DNA of 64,000 bases, from NCBI GenBank assembly GCA_013239625.1, contig MU054212.1, forward strand, positions 6,546,270 through 6,610,269. Direction: 5' to 3'. Positions 9,822 through 23,487 of this stretch are shown here, piece by piece. Source of the stretch: Lama guanicoe (lineage: Eukaryota). The translations under genes were made by a program, and so were the position numbers. The notes below the pieces were generated by a model. It made no database searches and was not told where the DNA came from. It saw only the letters and a program-made list of their open reading frames with translations. The first letter of the stretch is position 1, and each line of letters starts with the position of its first letter.

Positions 9822-12316
9822 CTAAAGATCATTATAGTGTAGTTGGAGATTTGGGGCTCAGAGACACTGTCTGCTTTGCAAAAGTTCACACAGCTGGAAT
9901 TCAAACCCAGGGCTGCCTGTCTCCAGACTCTGATCCCTTAGTTCTGTGCAGCTCTTGGATGACAGTGCTTGGGGTTCTTGCGACATCCCAGTGAAATAAT
10001 ACAGTGTTGACAGACTGTGATTAAGCCTTGTGTAAGTGCTAGTTAACATAATTTGGAGCAGGGACAAATGGCCGGGTCCTTTGACACATGACCATCTTGT
10101 ATATGTGGTCCCAGACAGAGTGTGTCTCCGCTGGCTACACCATCTCTGTTAGTGTCGGGACCTCGGGCTCTCCTCTGGGAGGAGCAAGATGATGGCTCCA
10201 AGGACAGAAGGTCTCTCCCTGGGCTGGGGGATGGTCTAAGTGAGAAGCAAAGGGAGACTTGCTCTTCTCCTGGTTCTGCCTGCAAACCCAGGACAAGAAG
10301 CAGGATTCTGGCCTTGTAAGTGGGGCGAGAGGGACCACAAAGTGCTCGGGCCCCCACAAGCAAGATCTGAGAATGCTCAGATCTGGGTACCCTCTGCGAG
10401 CAGCACAGAACAGAAAACTCACCCCTTTTTCACATCTGAGGAAACAGAAGTAGAAAGAGGTAAAACCGTTTGCCTGAGGTCATTTACTTCATCATGGTTG
10501 AGGGCAAGGACCAGGAACTTAAACGTTTGTTTACTCCAGATTCAGAGTTTTATCTAGCAGATGCTTCTGCCTAAAAAGCTAGTCTTTCAGTTCTTTTATG
10601 CTGGGCTCACTTTCGGCATTTCTTCTGATGTATGGCCCAAATTCTGCTTCAGTGGGTCTTGCTCAAAACTCATTTCTTTGGTGAACCATCCTCTAATCTC
10701 ATATGACCACAGGCTCTCCTTAGAAGGAAGCTCCTGGACATGGTCTTTGAAAAATGACATCATAATCCTACAAAGAAATGAAGGAAATTGAAACCAATCA
10801 TTGTGACGCACTATTTTTATTTGGTTGCTTGTGCTATTTAGATGAAGAGGCGCTGGATAGGGACTAGATCTTTTCCATGTTTTATACGGTGCTTAATAAG
10901 TTCTCAGAATATAATAAATGTTTCACAGGCCAATGAAAAATTCCAAAGCACATAACCTCCTGGGGAGGTTGTAAAATTATTCATGGCTGACACTGATGAG
11001 AGGCTGAGAATTTTACCTACAGGGAGAAGACACTGTGACACTCAGAGAAGCCAGGAGTTATTCTTGGGAAAACCAGATGTATAGAGTATTTCAATAAAAC
11101 CTACTTCCAGCATGAACGTTATTAAGCATATACAAATGTACCTAATAACAAGGTGCTAATTTATGCCACTCTATGATAAAACTAATAGTTGGTGCTGGTT
11201 ATTTATCATATGATGCACTGATTTTAATATAACTCTAAAAAGAGGATCCGTGTTACTGACTGAAGGAGATAAATGCATGTATAGCAGACAATATGTATAG
11301 TAAATATCATATACATGTAAATTAATAGCTTAATGATGGAATCATTTTAGATAGGGGAACAATTGAATGAGTGATGTGGAATTATTGGAAAATAAAAATG
11401 CAAAGATGTTGGAGAAATAAGATTTGCAATTGAACCATCACACTGTACGACAGAAAAGATTACCTGGATCAAGAGGTAGGAGAAAAGATTATCTGGAATA
11501 GGAGGGAGGAGAAAGTACTTTAGTAATTGTTGAACCTTTGCTTCCTTAATTTATCTGTTGTAATGTCCTGATACCAGTTTTCACTGTAAATGAAACCATT
11601 TACTAATGTTTGCATGAGTTACTGAAAGGCTTAGTGCTTATGGATCCTATAAGGGTCCAAGCGTAACTACAGAGAAGGTGAATACGAAGAAATGCTGGGG
11701 TCAGTAAAGGAGTGGGTACCTAGAACCCCTGGGAAGCAGAGGCTGTGAGGGGTCAAGTCCAGGTCAGTGGTCAAGGCTGCTATGAGCTGGGTGGGAGCAG
11801 AGTGAACCGGAGTCAGGTGTCCTCGAGTTAGAACGAGGCAGGCGGATGGGCTCTCCCAGTCTTGTGAGACAGACTGCTAAATTAATAAATGCAAAGTCCT
11901 AGGGGCTATGGTGATGATGATGATGACTTTTTTGATAATTTACTAGGTATGTATTTTACCTGCATTTCTATGTATCGTAACATGTTAAAGTGTCAGAGAA
12001 CACTCTGACAGATAGTAATTATAGGTGCTATGAATCACAGATGAGGGGCCTCTAACCTTGTCTAGGAGGACTATTTCAGATTTCTAGGAGAAGGTGAATG
12101 TCTTAGATGAGGGGAGATGGAAGTATGAGAGGGGAGTACCGCGGAGAGAGGCGGTCATTCAGTTGGCATACCAGACAGGCAGAAAGGTGCAGCTGGTTCT
12201 CTCCCCTCCAGTCTTCAGTCCTACTCATCAGGGTTGTGCCTGAAGTGATCCCTGGCAAGAGCGTCCTCCTATGTATAATCAGAGAAACTGACCTCCCCTC
12301 CAACCTGCTTACTCTT

Positions 12317-12740
12317 TGTGATAGATATTTTGTTCACTCGTATATCTGGCCCCCTCTCCAGTCACAGAGAAGATTAAATTTCCCTTATCCCCAAAGACAT
12401 AGCCATGAAATTTGCTTTGGCCAATGACATGTGTGCAGAATTGAACTGGATGGAGGTACATACATGTTAGTGTCCTGTTCTCCATACTCCTTGTTTCATT
12501 GAACCAGGAGATCACGTGCTTCAGGTGGTCCGGCTGTAGGAAGGTGGAGCTGGGTCAGTGAATTGCTTCACTGAGAGTCCTCACTCTGTGTCTGAGAAAG
12601 ATTCCTGAGGGTCACCTTGACTTACAGCAAATTTTGAGTGAGATGTAAATTTCTGTTCTGTTAAGTCACTAAAATTTTTTTTTTGGGGGGGGAGGCAGTA
12701 TTTATTACTGCAACATAACGTTGTCCTGTTTGCCTTTATT
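12317..12740 (+). mobile_element. MLT1-family (ERVL-MaLR) LTR
   Basis: ttgctttggccaatgacatgtgtgcagaa and gtgagatgtaaatttctgttctgttaagtcacta...ttattactgcaacataa are MLT1 hallmarks. Confidence 0.75.
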
Positions 12741-15262
12741 TCAGTTGAAAACCTTTTTGCTTGTAGATTTATGTCTTGTTTTTGTATCCTTTGACTCACT
12801 TTTCCCATAAAGTATTGTTCATAGGCTCTTAACAGCATCTACATTTTTGCTGGAATGAAATGGCCTTTGAGGATAACATATTATTATTTATAAATCTTAT
12901 GGTGAATTTCAGATTGGAGTTTCAGTTAAAAATACGAGATACTTCTATTAAAATCCTATTTCAGTAATATTCTGCAAGACACAATACTATATTATTACCT
13001 TCAGTGTTTTGATGCTTGTTTTTTTTCCTTTTTACTGGCATAATACATTCTACATTTTTTCTATTGTCACTAATTAAGGGGTACTTAATTTCAGGTAACA
13101 TGATATTCCTGTATTTATTAGGAATAAACTCCTTAAAAATGATAGATGTGGATTAAATCCATATATCCTTCTGGAACTATTTTTCTTTTTAAAGGGAATG
13201 TTTCCACTACATTGCTAGACCTCGCAGTTGGCATTAATTAAAATATGCATTAATACACTTCACTGAAGCCGGAATTTCAATGTTAGATACATTTGGATGG
13301 TATGAGAAGGTTGGACCAAAACTTGCAAATTTGGCCCAGTTTATTGCTTAGAATCTGCTATTTTGTTTCCCAAAGTAATTCAAAGGCAAAGTAAAAACAG
13401 GTTAATAAAAATTCAGGTGCAACTACTTCTTCAGTAGACTAGATGATTAAGATGAGAGGCTGACCTGAAACAAGGTCAAATTTTCCAATGAAATTCTGTT
13501 TATTCTGTAATTTGCAAAGGACAAGGGGAGGAGAGTCTTTTCTGGGGTGTTTTTATTTGGAGACCCAGAGAAAAAGGGTAGGAGATTTTTTTCTATAAGA
13601 TTTTTCTTATAGAAGATCTTGCCTCCTACCAAACATAGAGAAGATGGGTCATGCAAGTTTTCCTCCTTTCCTTCCTCCCTTCCTCCCTTCCTTCCTTCCT
13701 GAGCACCTGTCCCATGATTAAGTACAATGCTCTGCTCTGCAGGAAACAGTGGAAAGTAAATACTGAGATGACCGAAATGGCAAAGAAATTGGGTTACATC
13801 TCATAGACTGAAAGAATGCTCTTTGTCTTGATTCCGTCTACTCTTTCTTTTTCCAGGTTGTGCCACATTTCTGCACTGAGCTCGTTTTGTTTCTCTTCCA
13901 CCCCCTTCCCTGCCTTTTTGCCCCTTCTGCCTCCTCCTGTTGCAGCTTTGCCTGACATCCACGATCATGCTGGTTCTGCCTCTTAGCTTCTCGGGGGAAA
14001 TAGGAGGAGGTGTTTTAAGCTTTCCTTGGCAGAAAGAAGCATACTTTCTGCTCATCCTTTTCTGATCCTTTGACTTAACAGGTGTTGGGGGCTTGTTTTA
14101 GTATTTCCACAACCATTATCATGCAGGTTACAACATCCCATCACCTCCCCAAGTCGGGTTCCAAATAAAGAGATATAAAAAAAATGGGAATAAGACGTAC
14201 CCTGGCAAAACAATTTAGCACCAGACTGTTTCATGTAATGCATAGCTTACTGCTATATACAAAGGTCTGAATTACGTGGTAAGATAATTATAGATTAAAA
14301 ATTGTGCCTCAGAGATAACATGTGCAAAATAAAATGGAATAAGGAGTGGTTCACTTGAGAGCAGAATTACACCATTACTGGAAAAATTAAATTCTACACC
14401 TCGAGGTTCAGCTCTCCCTTGTGGGGTTCATCCTGAGTGCATTTGTCTCTCTTTCATCCGGTTCCTCTTTCCTGTTCAGTGTCCTCTGAGAAATCACTGT
14501 CTTCAGGTAGTTTGCTAGCACAGCCATCGGAGCTCCAAGCAGGAAGTCGAAGTCAAGCGTAGAAATTGGATCGGCAGAGATGGAGCTTGTGGGTGCTCTC
14601 CCACATTCTCCTCCCAGTGTTCTTTCCCGGTGCATCCTGTGGTCTGTGATGGCTACTTGGTGGAACAGAGTCAAAAGCTTTAGGCTTCTGCACAGGCGTG
14701 GTATGACTCAACACACACAGTCAGCAGTCTTTTATATACAAATGCACATACTTATTTGCTCCAGGATATATACATGTTTACCTTTCTGATTTGTATATAT
14801 ATGAACACACACAGTACTCTGTTACCAGGTCTCTCCGCACAGGACATGCTTGAATTAGGTCAGGGCAGGACAGACAATCCCAGCTGACCTTGAACACTAC
14901 TTTCAAAACATGGGCAGCCTACTTACCATTAAACAGGGTTGACAGCAGTTACTCAACAATTGGGCTAACTCTCCAAATGAGAATGCCTTGTATGTTTTCC
15001 TTTGGTTTTCACCTTTGCAGATTAGTTATTTTGTGAATGAACTGTCTCCATCAGCTTAATATGCACCAGGACAACAGAGCCAAGAATTCTCTCAACTTAC
15101 ACTGAGGTTTAGAACGTACTATAAAAGTGTACTTATTTTGTAAAACCTATACAGCATATTTCCCACTCTAGTTGCTCTTCATTTTCACTGGTGGTGAAAA
15201 TTAGTTCATATTCCCCCATCACAGAGACCAGCTGAGATTGGAAGAAGGTGATCCAGGATTGC

Positions 15263-15332
15263 ACTGAGTGCAAAGGGAAAATGAGGTGGAGAAAAAAACT
15301 GAGTGCAAAGGGAAAATGAGGTGGAGAAAAAA
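15263..15332 (+). repeat. Perfect 35-bp tandem duplication (2 copies)
   Basis: actgagtgcaaagggaaaatgaggtggagaaaaaa at 15263-15297 and 15298-15332. Confidence 0.95.
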
Positions 15333-16189
15333 TTCGTCTAGGACAGAAATTTCCTTTTTTTTTTTTTCTTCGGTAGAAAGAGGATTGAGGAGGACTATGA
15401 GAACATTGATAACTTACTTTTTTATTACAAAATGTGAACTTACCCACCTGACTTTTTATAATAGGAACATTAACAACTTATTTTTTACTAGAAAAATAAA
15501 ACATACTTTATAGGAAGGAAAATACAAATAAGCACATCGAAAAATTCCCCTCTGTTTAAAAATACATTGGGATTCGATCAGCACTGAAGGATCTGTACCG
15601 CGTGTTAAGAGCAGTTGTCCCTGGGGAGGGATTGCCAGTGCAGTCATTCCATTTTTATGTTTCCTTTGGAGAGAACCAAAGAGCTGCTTTACAAGTGCTG
15701 TTGAATTAGACCTGTGTGAGAGATAACTGTAAACTACTTGAGAAAGAACTGAAAAACAACAAAAAACCCATGGAAACCGAGAAATGAGGTACTCTAGCCG
15801 TGTCTCAAGTTCTGTAAGCTTTTTTTCCCTTTTAGAACCAAACTCGGATAGTAGCCTGCCCTATCGGGATGAGTGCAGGCACGCCCAGCTCTGTCCACGT
15901 TTGAGACTCAAAGAGCCCATGGCTTTATAGCAGCAGATTATCAAATGAATGTGCATTTGTAAATTTTAAATTACAATAAGATCTTTCAGGTACTTTGTGT
16001 CTTTTTTTTTTAAACTTTAATTGACTGTTCTGGACAATTTTTCCTACTTTCTTTCCATCCTCTATAGAATGATTAAAAAAACATCATCTAATCAACCCCA
16101 GCAAACCATCACTTCCGGTTTTCTTTTCTTTTTTCTTTTTTTTACTTCTGGTTTTCTTAGACGTTCAGGTTTATAAACATGACATATTT

Positions 16190-18730
16190 CATGGTGAAGT
16201 AACTATGGATTTACATGCAGTTGTAAGTTATAATGCAGATAGAGCCCGTGTACTCTTTACCCAGTTTCCTGCTAAGGTAACATCTTAGAAAACTGTAGTG
16301 AAATATTATAACCAGGATACTGACGATGATGTAGTCAAGATACAGAACTTTTCATCCCCACGAGGATCCTCACCCTGGTCACCCTCTTCCCTCCCGCCCT
16401 CACCTCCTCCTTCATTCCTGGCAACCACTAACCTGTTCTCCACTCTTTAATTTCATCATGTTAATGGATTCATGGAGTATGTAACCTTTTGGGATTGGCT
16501 GTTTCCACTCAGCCTAGTTCTCTGGAGACTGATTCGGGTGGGCATGTATCCACAGTCCGTTCCTTTCTCTTGCTGGGCAGTATCCCATGGTGTGGATGTG
16601 CCACAATTCATTTAACATTCAGCTACTGAGAGACATCCTGGCGTCTCCAGGACTGGGTTATGATGCATACAGCTGCTGTAGACATGGACAGGTGTTCGTG
16701 TGAACCTAAGTTTTTATTTTCCTGGGATAGATGTCCAGGAGTATACTTGCTGGATTATGGGACAGTTGCAGATTTAGTTTTTCAGAAAGTGCTGAACTGT
16801 CTCTTAGAGCGGCTGAGACTTTCTCTGTTCCCACCAGCAAGGTAGGAGGGCGCCATCCCCTCCCTAGCGGTTGGTGAAGCTGCTACCTTTTATTTTCGTT
16901 GTTCTGGTAGGTGTGTAGCGCTGTCACTGTGGTTTTAACTCACATTTCTCTCCTGGTTAATGATGTTGAGCATCTTTTTATGTGCTTATTTGCCATCTGT
17001 ATGTCTGTTTGTGTCTTTTGTCCATTTTCTAGTTGGGTTGTTTATGTTTTTATGGTTGAGTTTTGAGAGTTCTTTACTCTGCATACTAGTCCTTTGCCAG
17101 ATATGTGCTTTGTAACTATTTTCTCTCAAACGGTAGCTTGTCTTATTCTCTGAACAGGATCTCTCATGAAGAAAAAGCTTTTAATTTTGATAAAGTCCAA
17201 ATGATCAGTTTTTCTCTTTATATGTCATACATTTGGTGTCAAATCCATGAACTCGTTACTTAATCCTGGATCCAAGTATTATCTCCTATTTTTTTCTTAA
17301 AGTTTTAGTTTTGTTTTATATTTAAGACCTTGATTCATTTTGGGTTAATTTTTATAAAATCTATAAAACTGAAGGTTTTTTTTTTCTGCTATGGGTGTCC
17401 AATTGCTCCAGCACCATTTGTTGAAAAGGTGGTTTTTCTTCTATTGAGTTGTTTTTGTCCCTTTGTCAGAAATCAGTTGGGCGTGCTTGGTGTGAGTTAT
17501 CTCTGGGTTCTCTGCTTTGTTCCGCTCATCTGTGTGTTTATTCCTCTGCCATCACTGCACAGTTTTCATTACTGTAACTATATAATACATCTTGAAACTG
17601 GGTAGATTGTTTCTTCCCCCAAATGGAAAAACTTAGTTTTTTCTTTCCTATGTAGGGAAAATCCCAGTTCTTCCCTATGGTGTGTGTCTTCCCTGTGAGT
17701 CTCCTTCACTACTCACATAAAACCCTTCACTACTGGTCATCAAATTTGAGGAGGGTTTTCCCCACATGGAGCAGTTCTCTGCAACCCCAGCTGGGTGTTC
17801 TACAGTTGAATTCAGTTATGACACTTTCTACCCAGGGATAGAGTCAGATCACACAGGTGAAGGGCTCAGTCCCACAGGGCCACCCCCACCCAGATGCCAG
17901 TTACAAGCCTGGGTTTCTACCTGTGCTTCTGACCGACCTGCTGTAGATCAGAGGTGCCAATGACCCCCTCTTTGCATTTGATTTGCTAGGGCAGCTCATA
18001 GTACTCAGAGAAACACCTATGTTTTGCAGTTTATTAAAGGATGTGATAAAGAATACAGATAAATAGCTAGCTGAAGAGATACAGAGGGCGAGGGTCCTGG
18101 GAGGGTCTTGAGTACAGAGCTGCTGTCCCTGTAGAGCTGGGGTGGGTCACCCTCTCAGTGTGGATGTGTTCATCAAATTGTGTTCTCAGAACCTCTTATT
18201 ATTGGGGTTTTATGGGGTTCACGTAGGCATAGCACATCCTTACTCCATTTTCAGCCCTTCTCCCTTCTCAAGAGAATAAGGGCCAGGGCTGAAAATTCCA
18301 AGCTTCTAATCGTGGCTTGGTCTTTCTGGTGACCAGCTCTCAATTTAGGAGCCATTCAGGAGTTCACCCAGAGTCACCTCATTCAAACAGAAGAGGCTCC
18401 CAGCTCTCTTATCACTTAGGAACTTACAAGGGTTTTAGGGGCCCTGGGTCAGGGATGACGTCAAAGACAAATATTAGAACAAGAGATGCTCTAAGTGTTC
18501 TTATCACTTGGAAATTATGGAGATTTTAGGAGCTCAGTGCCAGGAACCAGGGGCAGAGACCAAAATACCTATTTTCTGTTATCTCATACTCCCACTTTAT
18601 TTTTCTTTTTAAAATAGTTTTAGCTGTTTTAGGTTTTATGCTTTTTAATATACACTTTAGAACAATCTTGTCTCTATAAGTAATCTTGCTGGGATTTTGA
18701 TGGGAATGGCATTACACTGGAATGCAATTC
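16190..18730 (-). mobile_element. L1MC1/L1MC2-type LINE-1 3' portion, split by an LTR at ~17620-18588
   Basis: catgcagttgtaag...tttacccagtttcc...ggtaacatctt...gtcaagatacagaac 3'-UTR signature, then antisense ORF2-like text that resumes at ctcccactttat (18589). Confidence 0.8.
17620..18588 (-). mobile_element. MER21-like LTR nested in the L1
   Basis: ccagctgggtgttctacagttgaattcagtt...cacaggtgaagggctcagtcccaca...gctagggcagctcatagtactcagagaaacac are MER21 hallmarks. Confidence 0.75.
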
Positions 18731-20689
18731 AAGTCTGACCACAGTGAAGAGAGAGGGAAAAAAGGAGAATTGGGTAGGAAGATTTTCAGCCTCCAGCTGA
18801 CCTCCAGGGTTTGAAGAAGGTCATCTGGAAGTTCTAGAGCCAACTGTCTTCAGTTTTGAGGACTTAGCTGAAATTCTAGTTTGAGACAGTAAGAAGAATT
18901 ATGTTTAATATCCTACTACATATGCCTTGGGTTCAAATTTTAGTGTTTGATTTAATATAAGATATCTGAAACCAAAACACTTGGTAGGGGGGAGAGTAAA
19001 CTTGTATCAGCAGGACACTTGAAGAAAAATAATTTAGTCTAGATATTTCCCCAGGTTTCTAGCCGATTTTATTTGTATAAATGGAAACCCAACCATAAAG
19101 AAAACAGGACAGTAATAGAAGAGGATGGATTTGGAACCGTGAAGCCAACTACATGGACTCTGAATTTATCTCTTTCTCTTACTAATGATGGTCTTGAATA
19201 CAACCCTTCATCACTCTGCATTAAGCTGTCTTCATCTGAAAAATGTAAAATTTCAGAAAATTAAAAGAGAGAAGTATTATCACTCCCATTTTGCAGATGA
19301 TGAAACTAAGGCTTAGAGTGAAGAATCTAACTTTTCCAAGTTAACCTAGCTTAGGAAACAGTAGAATCAAGATTTAGATAGAAGGTCAGTGGTTACAGTC
19401 TTCGCTTTTTTTTCATTCATTTAAAACCATATTCAGTAATCTTTAAGATGTTTCCAGTTATTAATTTTATGGATTTATACACTTGAAATTAAAAGATAAC
19501 ACTTTGCTTAAAAGCACATTTTAACCGTGCATGGATTTTCTGTCAGTGAAGGGAACTACCTTATTGGACAACTGTAGTTTATTTTTCATTGGCTGCTTTA
19601 CTGAACCTCATCAAATGTATTTGCTTTGCAGAGCTGCAGTGGATTAATCCTGAATAAGTAATTTGGAAATGTTTGTATTCATTTCTATGGAAACCATCTA
19701 TTTGGATTTTCATATATCAAGATCATAGAGATTTGTCCCAGTCCAATTGCAATCTTAGTTACAGCAGTGTCGGCTTACATACTAAGGGCACAGTTTTGCT
19801 CTGATGGCCCTTCAGAAATCTGTAATTGGTATGGAACACTGACACTAACAGAATATGTCTTATGAGGTCCTGTGAGTTAGGCTTCTGCAGATTAGTGGAA
19901 TCTTTCTTGATGGAACAAGCCCTTTGGAATTTATTAACACTCTCTGCCTCTTCCGTTAACTACTCACCTCTCACACAATCCATTTGGTCTGCCTTTGCTA
20001 ACGTTTTAGAGTCAAACCTGAATCAGAGTTAACTGACATCCATAGTAATATATACCAGGCATATTGCTTGGCTTTTTATCCCCAAACAAGACTTTTTTTT
20101 TTTCCACTTTGGGATGAACAGTATTATTCCTTTATGTATTTACTTTCTACAGAACAAGCTTTTATCTTTTTATTCTCAGAATGTGTCATCCTTCCCCCAG
20201 TGTTACTTTACTGCCTAGCCCACAACGGTTTTAGGGTTTTGGGAGCCATAGTGGTGTCTCTTGGCTTGGAAGGACTGATGAGAGTTGTGTGTTTGTGGGG
20301 GGCAGAGATCGGGGGCCATGCGGGCAGACCTCCTAGAGACTATGAAACATGTTTAAAGAAACAATACTGTGAGGGGGCGCCTAAAGGTGTTAGAAATTTA
20401 AGCCACAGATATTAACCTGGGAGAATGTAAAATAAATAGGCAAGAAGATCTATTATCTGTTATGTATCTGCCATCAATCATGTCTATTTACTTGTTTATC
20501 ATCTCTCTTTTTCTCTTTCCTTTTTGCTTTCCTGTCAAATAATTTCTCAAATTTCTTAAAATACTGATTAACTACAACTGATTTATAAAATGTAAAACAG
20601 CATCTAATATGCCAAAATATTTTCAGGCCAGAAATGCTAGGCTTTTAATGTAGAAAGAAGTCATACTCATTTTGATGAACTTTGTTTAT

Positions 20690-22740
20690 TCTGCTTTTTA
20701 AAAAATATATACCTACTGGTGTTACAGCTACATCAGCTTTCTTTTGGTATATCTTTATATTTAAATTTTGTTTCCTGTAAGGATTATATAATGAGTTATT
20801 TTTACACCAGTCTAATAATCTTATTCTTTTACTTGGAGTATTTAGTCCATTTATCTTTAATGAAATTACTGATATATTTAGTTTTATATCTCTCGTCTTA
20901 CTCTTTGCTTTTTATATGGTCTGTTTTAAATTCTTTTTTCTCTCCTTTATTGCTTTTTATAGAATTAATTAAGTATTTTCATTATTCTATTTTCCTCCTA
21001 TTCATTTGTTAATTTTAACATTTATTATTATTGTTGTTGTTGTTGTTGTTATTTATTATTGCTTTGGTTAACCTAGAGATCATAACATGCCTTGACTTAT
21101 TAAAATTAATTCTAATACTGCCAGAAACTGAAAACATTGAACTCTGTTTACCACTTCCTCCTCTGAATTATTCTTGTTACACATTTTCATTTCTCTGTAT
21201 TTTAGATTTCACAATAATTCACAACTATTTTTTGTATGATTAATATTCACTTACAGTTACCTACGTATGTATCATTTTCTGTATTCTTCATTTTTTCTTG
21301 TTTTTTCCATGTTTCCATCTGTGATTATTTTCTTTTTCCTAAAAATCTCTTTTTGGTATTTCTTTTAGTGCTGACCTACTGTTAATAAACTGCCTCAGTT
21401 TTTATTGGTCTGAAATTATCTTTTGTTATTTTCAATTTTGAGAGAATATTTTTACCAGATATAGAACTCTAAGTTGGCTTTTATTTTCTTCTAGCACTTT
21501 AAAAATGTTATTATAAAGTCTTTTGGCTTTCATGACTTGTGTTGAGAACTAAGTTCAGTCTCATTGTTGTTTCTTTAAAAATAATGTAACTCTCTTGTCT
21601 AGCTGTTTTTTAAGATTCCTTGCTTGGTCTTCAGGAATTTTACTGTAATGTTCTGTATGATTTTCTTTATATTTATTTTGCTTGAGATTTGCTGAGCTTC
21701 TTGAAACTGTGGGTTGATATTCTTTAACAGTTTTGGAAAATTCTTGGCCAATATCTCTTAACTATGGTTTTCCTATCATCTCTCTCCTTTTTTTCTGGAA
21801 CTGTAATGATATATATGTTAGACATTTTAAGCGAGTACCAGAAATCTCTTTCACTTTAATATAAACTTTTTTTCTATTATTTTTTCTCTTTGTGCTTCAT
21901 TTTGAGTATTTTCTATTAACCTCTCTTCTAGTTTACCAATCCTGTGTTCTGCTATGTCCAATTTTCTGTCAACTTCATTGAGTTTTTTTTTTTTCCATTC
22001 TTTTTTACTGAAGCATAGTGAATTTACAATGTTGTGTCAATTTCTGGTGTACAGCCTGTTTCATATACATACATATATACATACATATATTTGTTTTTAT
22101 ATATATACATACATATATTTGTTTTCACATTCTTTTTCATTATAGTTTATGAGATATTGAATGTAGTTCCCTGTGCTATACAGTATAAACTTGTTGCTTA
22201 TCTATTTTATGTATAGTAGTTAGTATCTGCAAATCTCAGACTCCATTCATTGGGTTCTTAATTAAAGATACTGAATTTTTTAGTTTTAAAGTAACTATTT
22301 GATTCTTTTAAAAAAGTAGATTCTAATACTTTGGTGAAACTCTCCATCCTTTAATTTATTTTGCCCACTTTTCCTGTATTTTATTTAACACATTGATCAT
22401 AGTTATTTGTTTGCAGACTCAAAAATCTGGGTCAGCAGTAGGTCTGTTTCCATTCTCTGTTTCATTCTGTTGATGATAGGGCATATGATGTTGCATTTTT
22501 CTCATGTCTAGTAGTTTTGGACTGAATGCACTGTTTTGTGCATTAAATAACGTCCTGTAGTGGCTGGATATAACTTTACCTTCCATCAGAGAAGGTTTCT
22601 TTCTTTTTCTGTTTCGCAGATAGAAAGAGGAGGTGATTATCTCAACACAGCCATGGATTGAGCTTGGCTGGGGTCCCTAGTCCTAGGGCAGTCCCTGCCA
22701 GGCTTTTGGCTGAGAATCTGGTCTTTGTCTCCTCAGCCCT
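20690..22740 (-). mobile_element. Old, degenerate L1 (L1M/L1ME-type) fragments
   Basis: Long T-rich antisense L1-like text, e.g. ttttggaaaattcttggcc, ttgagatttgctgagcttcttgaa. Subfamily not resolved. Confidence 0.6.
21983..22245 (-). mobile_element. 5'-truncated cetartiodactyl-type L1 3' UTR nested in older L1
   Basis: T-tract, then tttacaatgttgtgtcaatttctggtgtacagc...gttccctgtgctatacagta. Degenerate TSD ttcattgagtt (21974-21984) / ttcattgggtt (22246-22256). Confidence 0.8.
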
Positions 22741-22794
22741 GAAGTTCAAAGAAAATTCAGCTCTTCCCTTTAGCCATTTTCAACTTAATTCTTT

Positions 22795-23487
22795 TTTTTT
22801 TTTAGGTTATTTCCATGTTTTGCCTATTGTAAATAGTGCTGCTGTGAACATCGGGGTGCAAGTGTCATCCTGAAGTAGGGTTCCTCCTGGATATATGCCC
22901 AGGAGCAGGATTCCTGGGTCATATGGTAAGTCTATTCCTAGTCTTTTGAGGAATCTCCATACTGTTTTCCACAGTGGCTGCACCAAACTGCATTCCCACC
23001 AGCAGTGTCGGAGGGTTCCCCTTTCTCCACAGCCTCTCCAGCATTTGTCATTTGTGGATTTTTGAATGACGGCCATTCTGACTGGTGTGGGGTGATACCT
23101 CATTGTAGTTTTGATTTGCATTTCTCTGATAATTAGTGATATTGAGCATTTTTTCATGTGCTTTTTGATCATTTGTATGTCTTCCTTGGAGAGTTGCTTG
23201 TTTAGGTCTTCTGCCCATTTTTGGATTGGGTTGTTTATTTTTTTCTTATTGAGTTGTATGAGCTGCTTATATATTCTGGAGATCAAGCCTGTCGGTTTCA
23301 CTTGCAAAAATTTTCTCCCATTCCGTAGGTTTTCTTCTTGTTTTACTTCTGGTTTCCTTTGCTGTGCAGAAGCTTGTAAGTTTCATTAGGTCCCATTTGT
23401 TTATTCTTGCTTTTATTTCTTCTAGGAGAAAATTTTTGAAATGTATGTCAGATAATGTTTTGCCTATGTTTTCCTCTAGGAGGTTTA
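22795..23487 (-). mobile_element. Young L1 ORF2 C-terminal fragment with 16-bp TSD, lacking the 3' UTR
   Basis: ORF 22807..23307(-) is the L1 ORF2p C-terminal region ([12 protein letters not shown]...[19 protein letters not shown]). TSD ttcaacttaattcttt at 22779-22794 and 23488-23503. Confidence 0.92.

Noticed and set aside
20365..20381. CTCF-like agggggcgc (also gggggcgcta at ~4501-4510)
   Set aside because: Only the 3' half of the motif matches; the 5' CCAS positions are absent.
22807..23307. 166-aa ORF as a host gene
   Set aside because: It is the LINE-1 ORF2p C-terminal region inside a TSD-flanked insertion.
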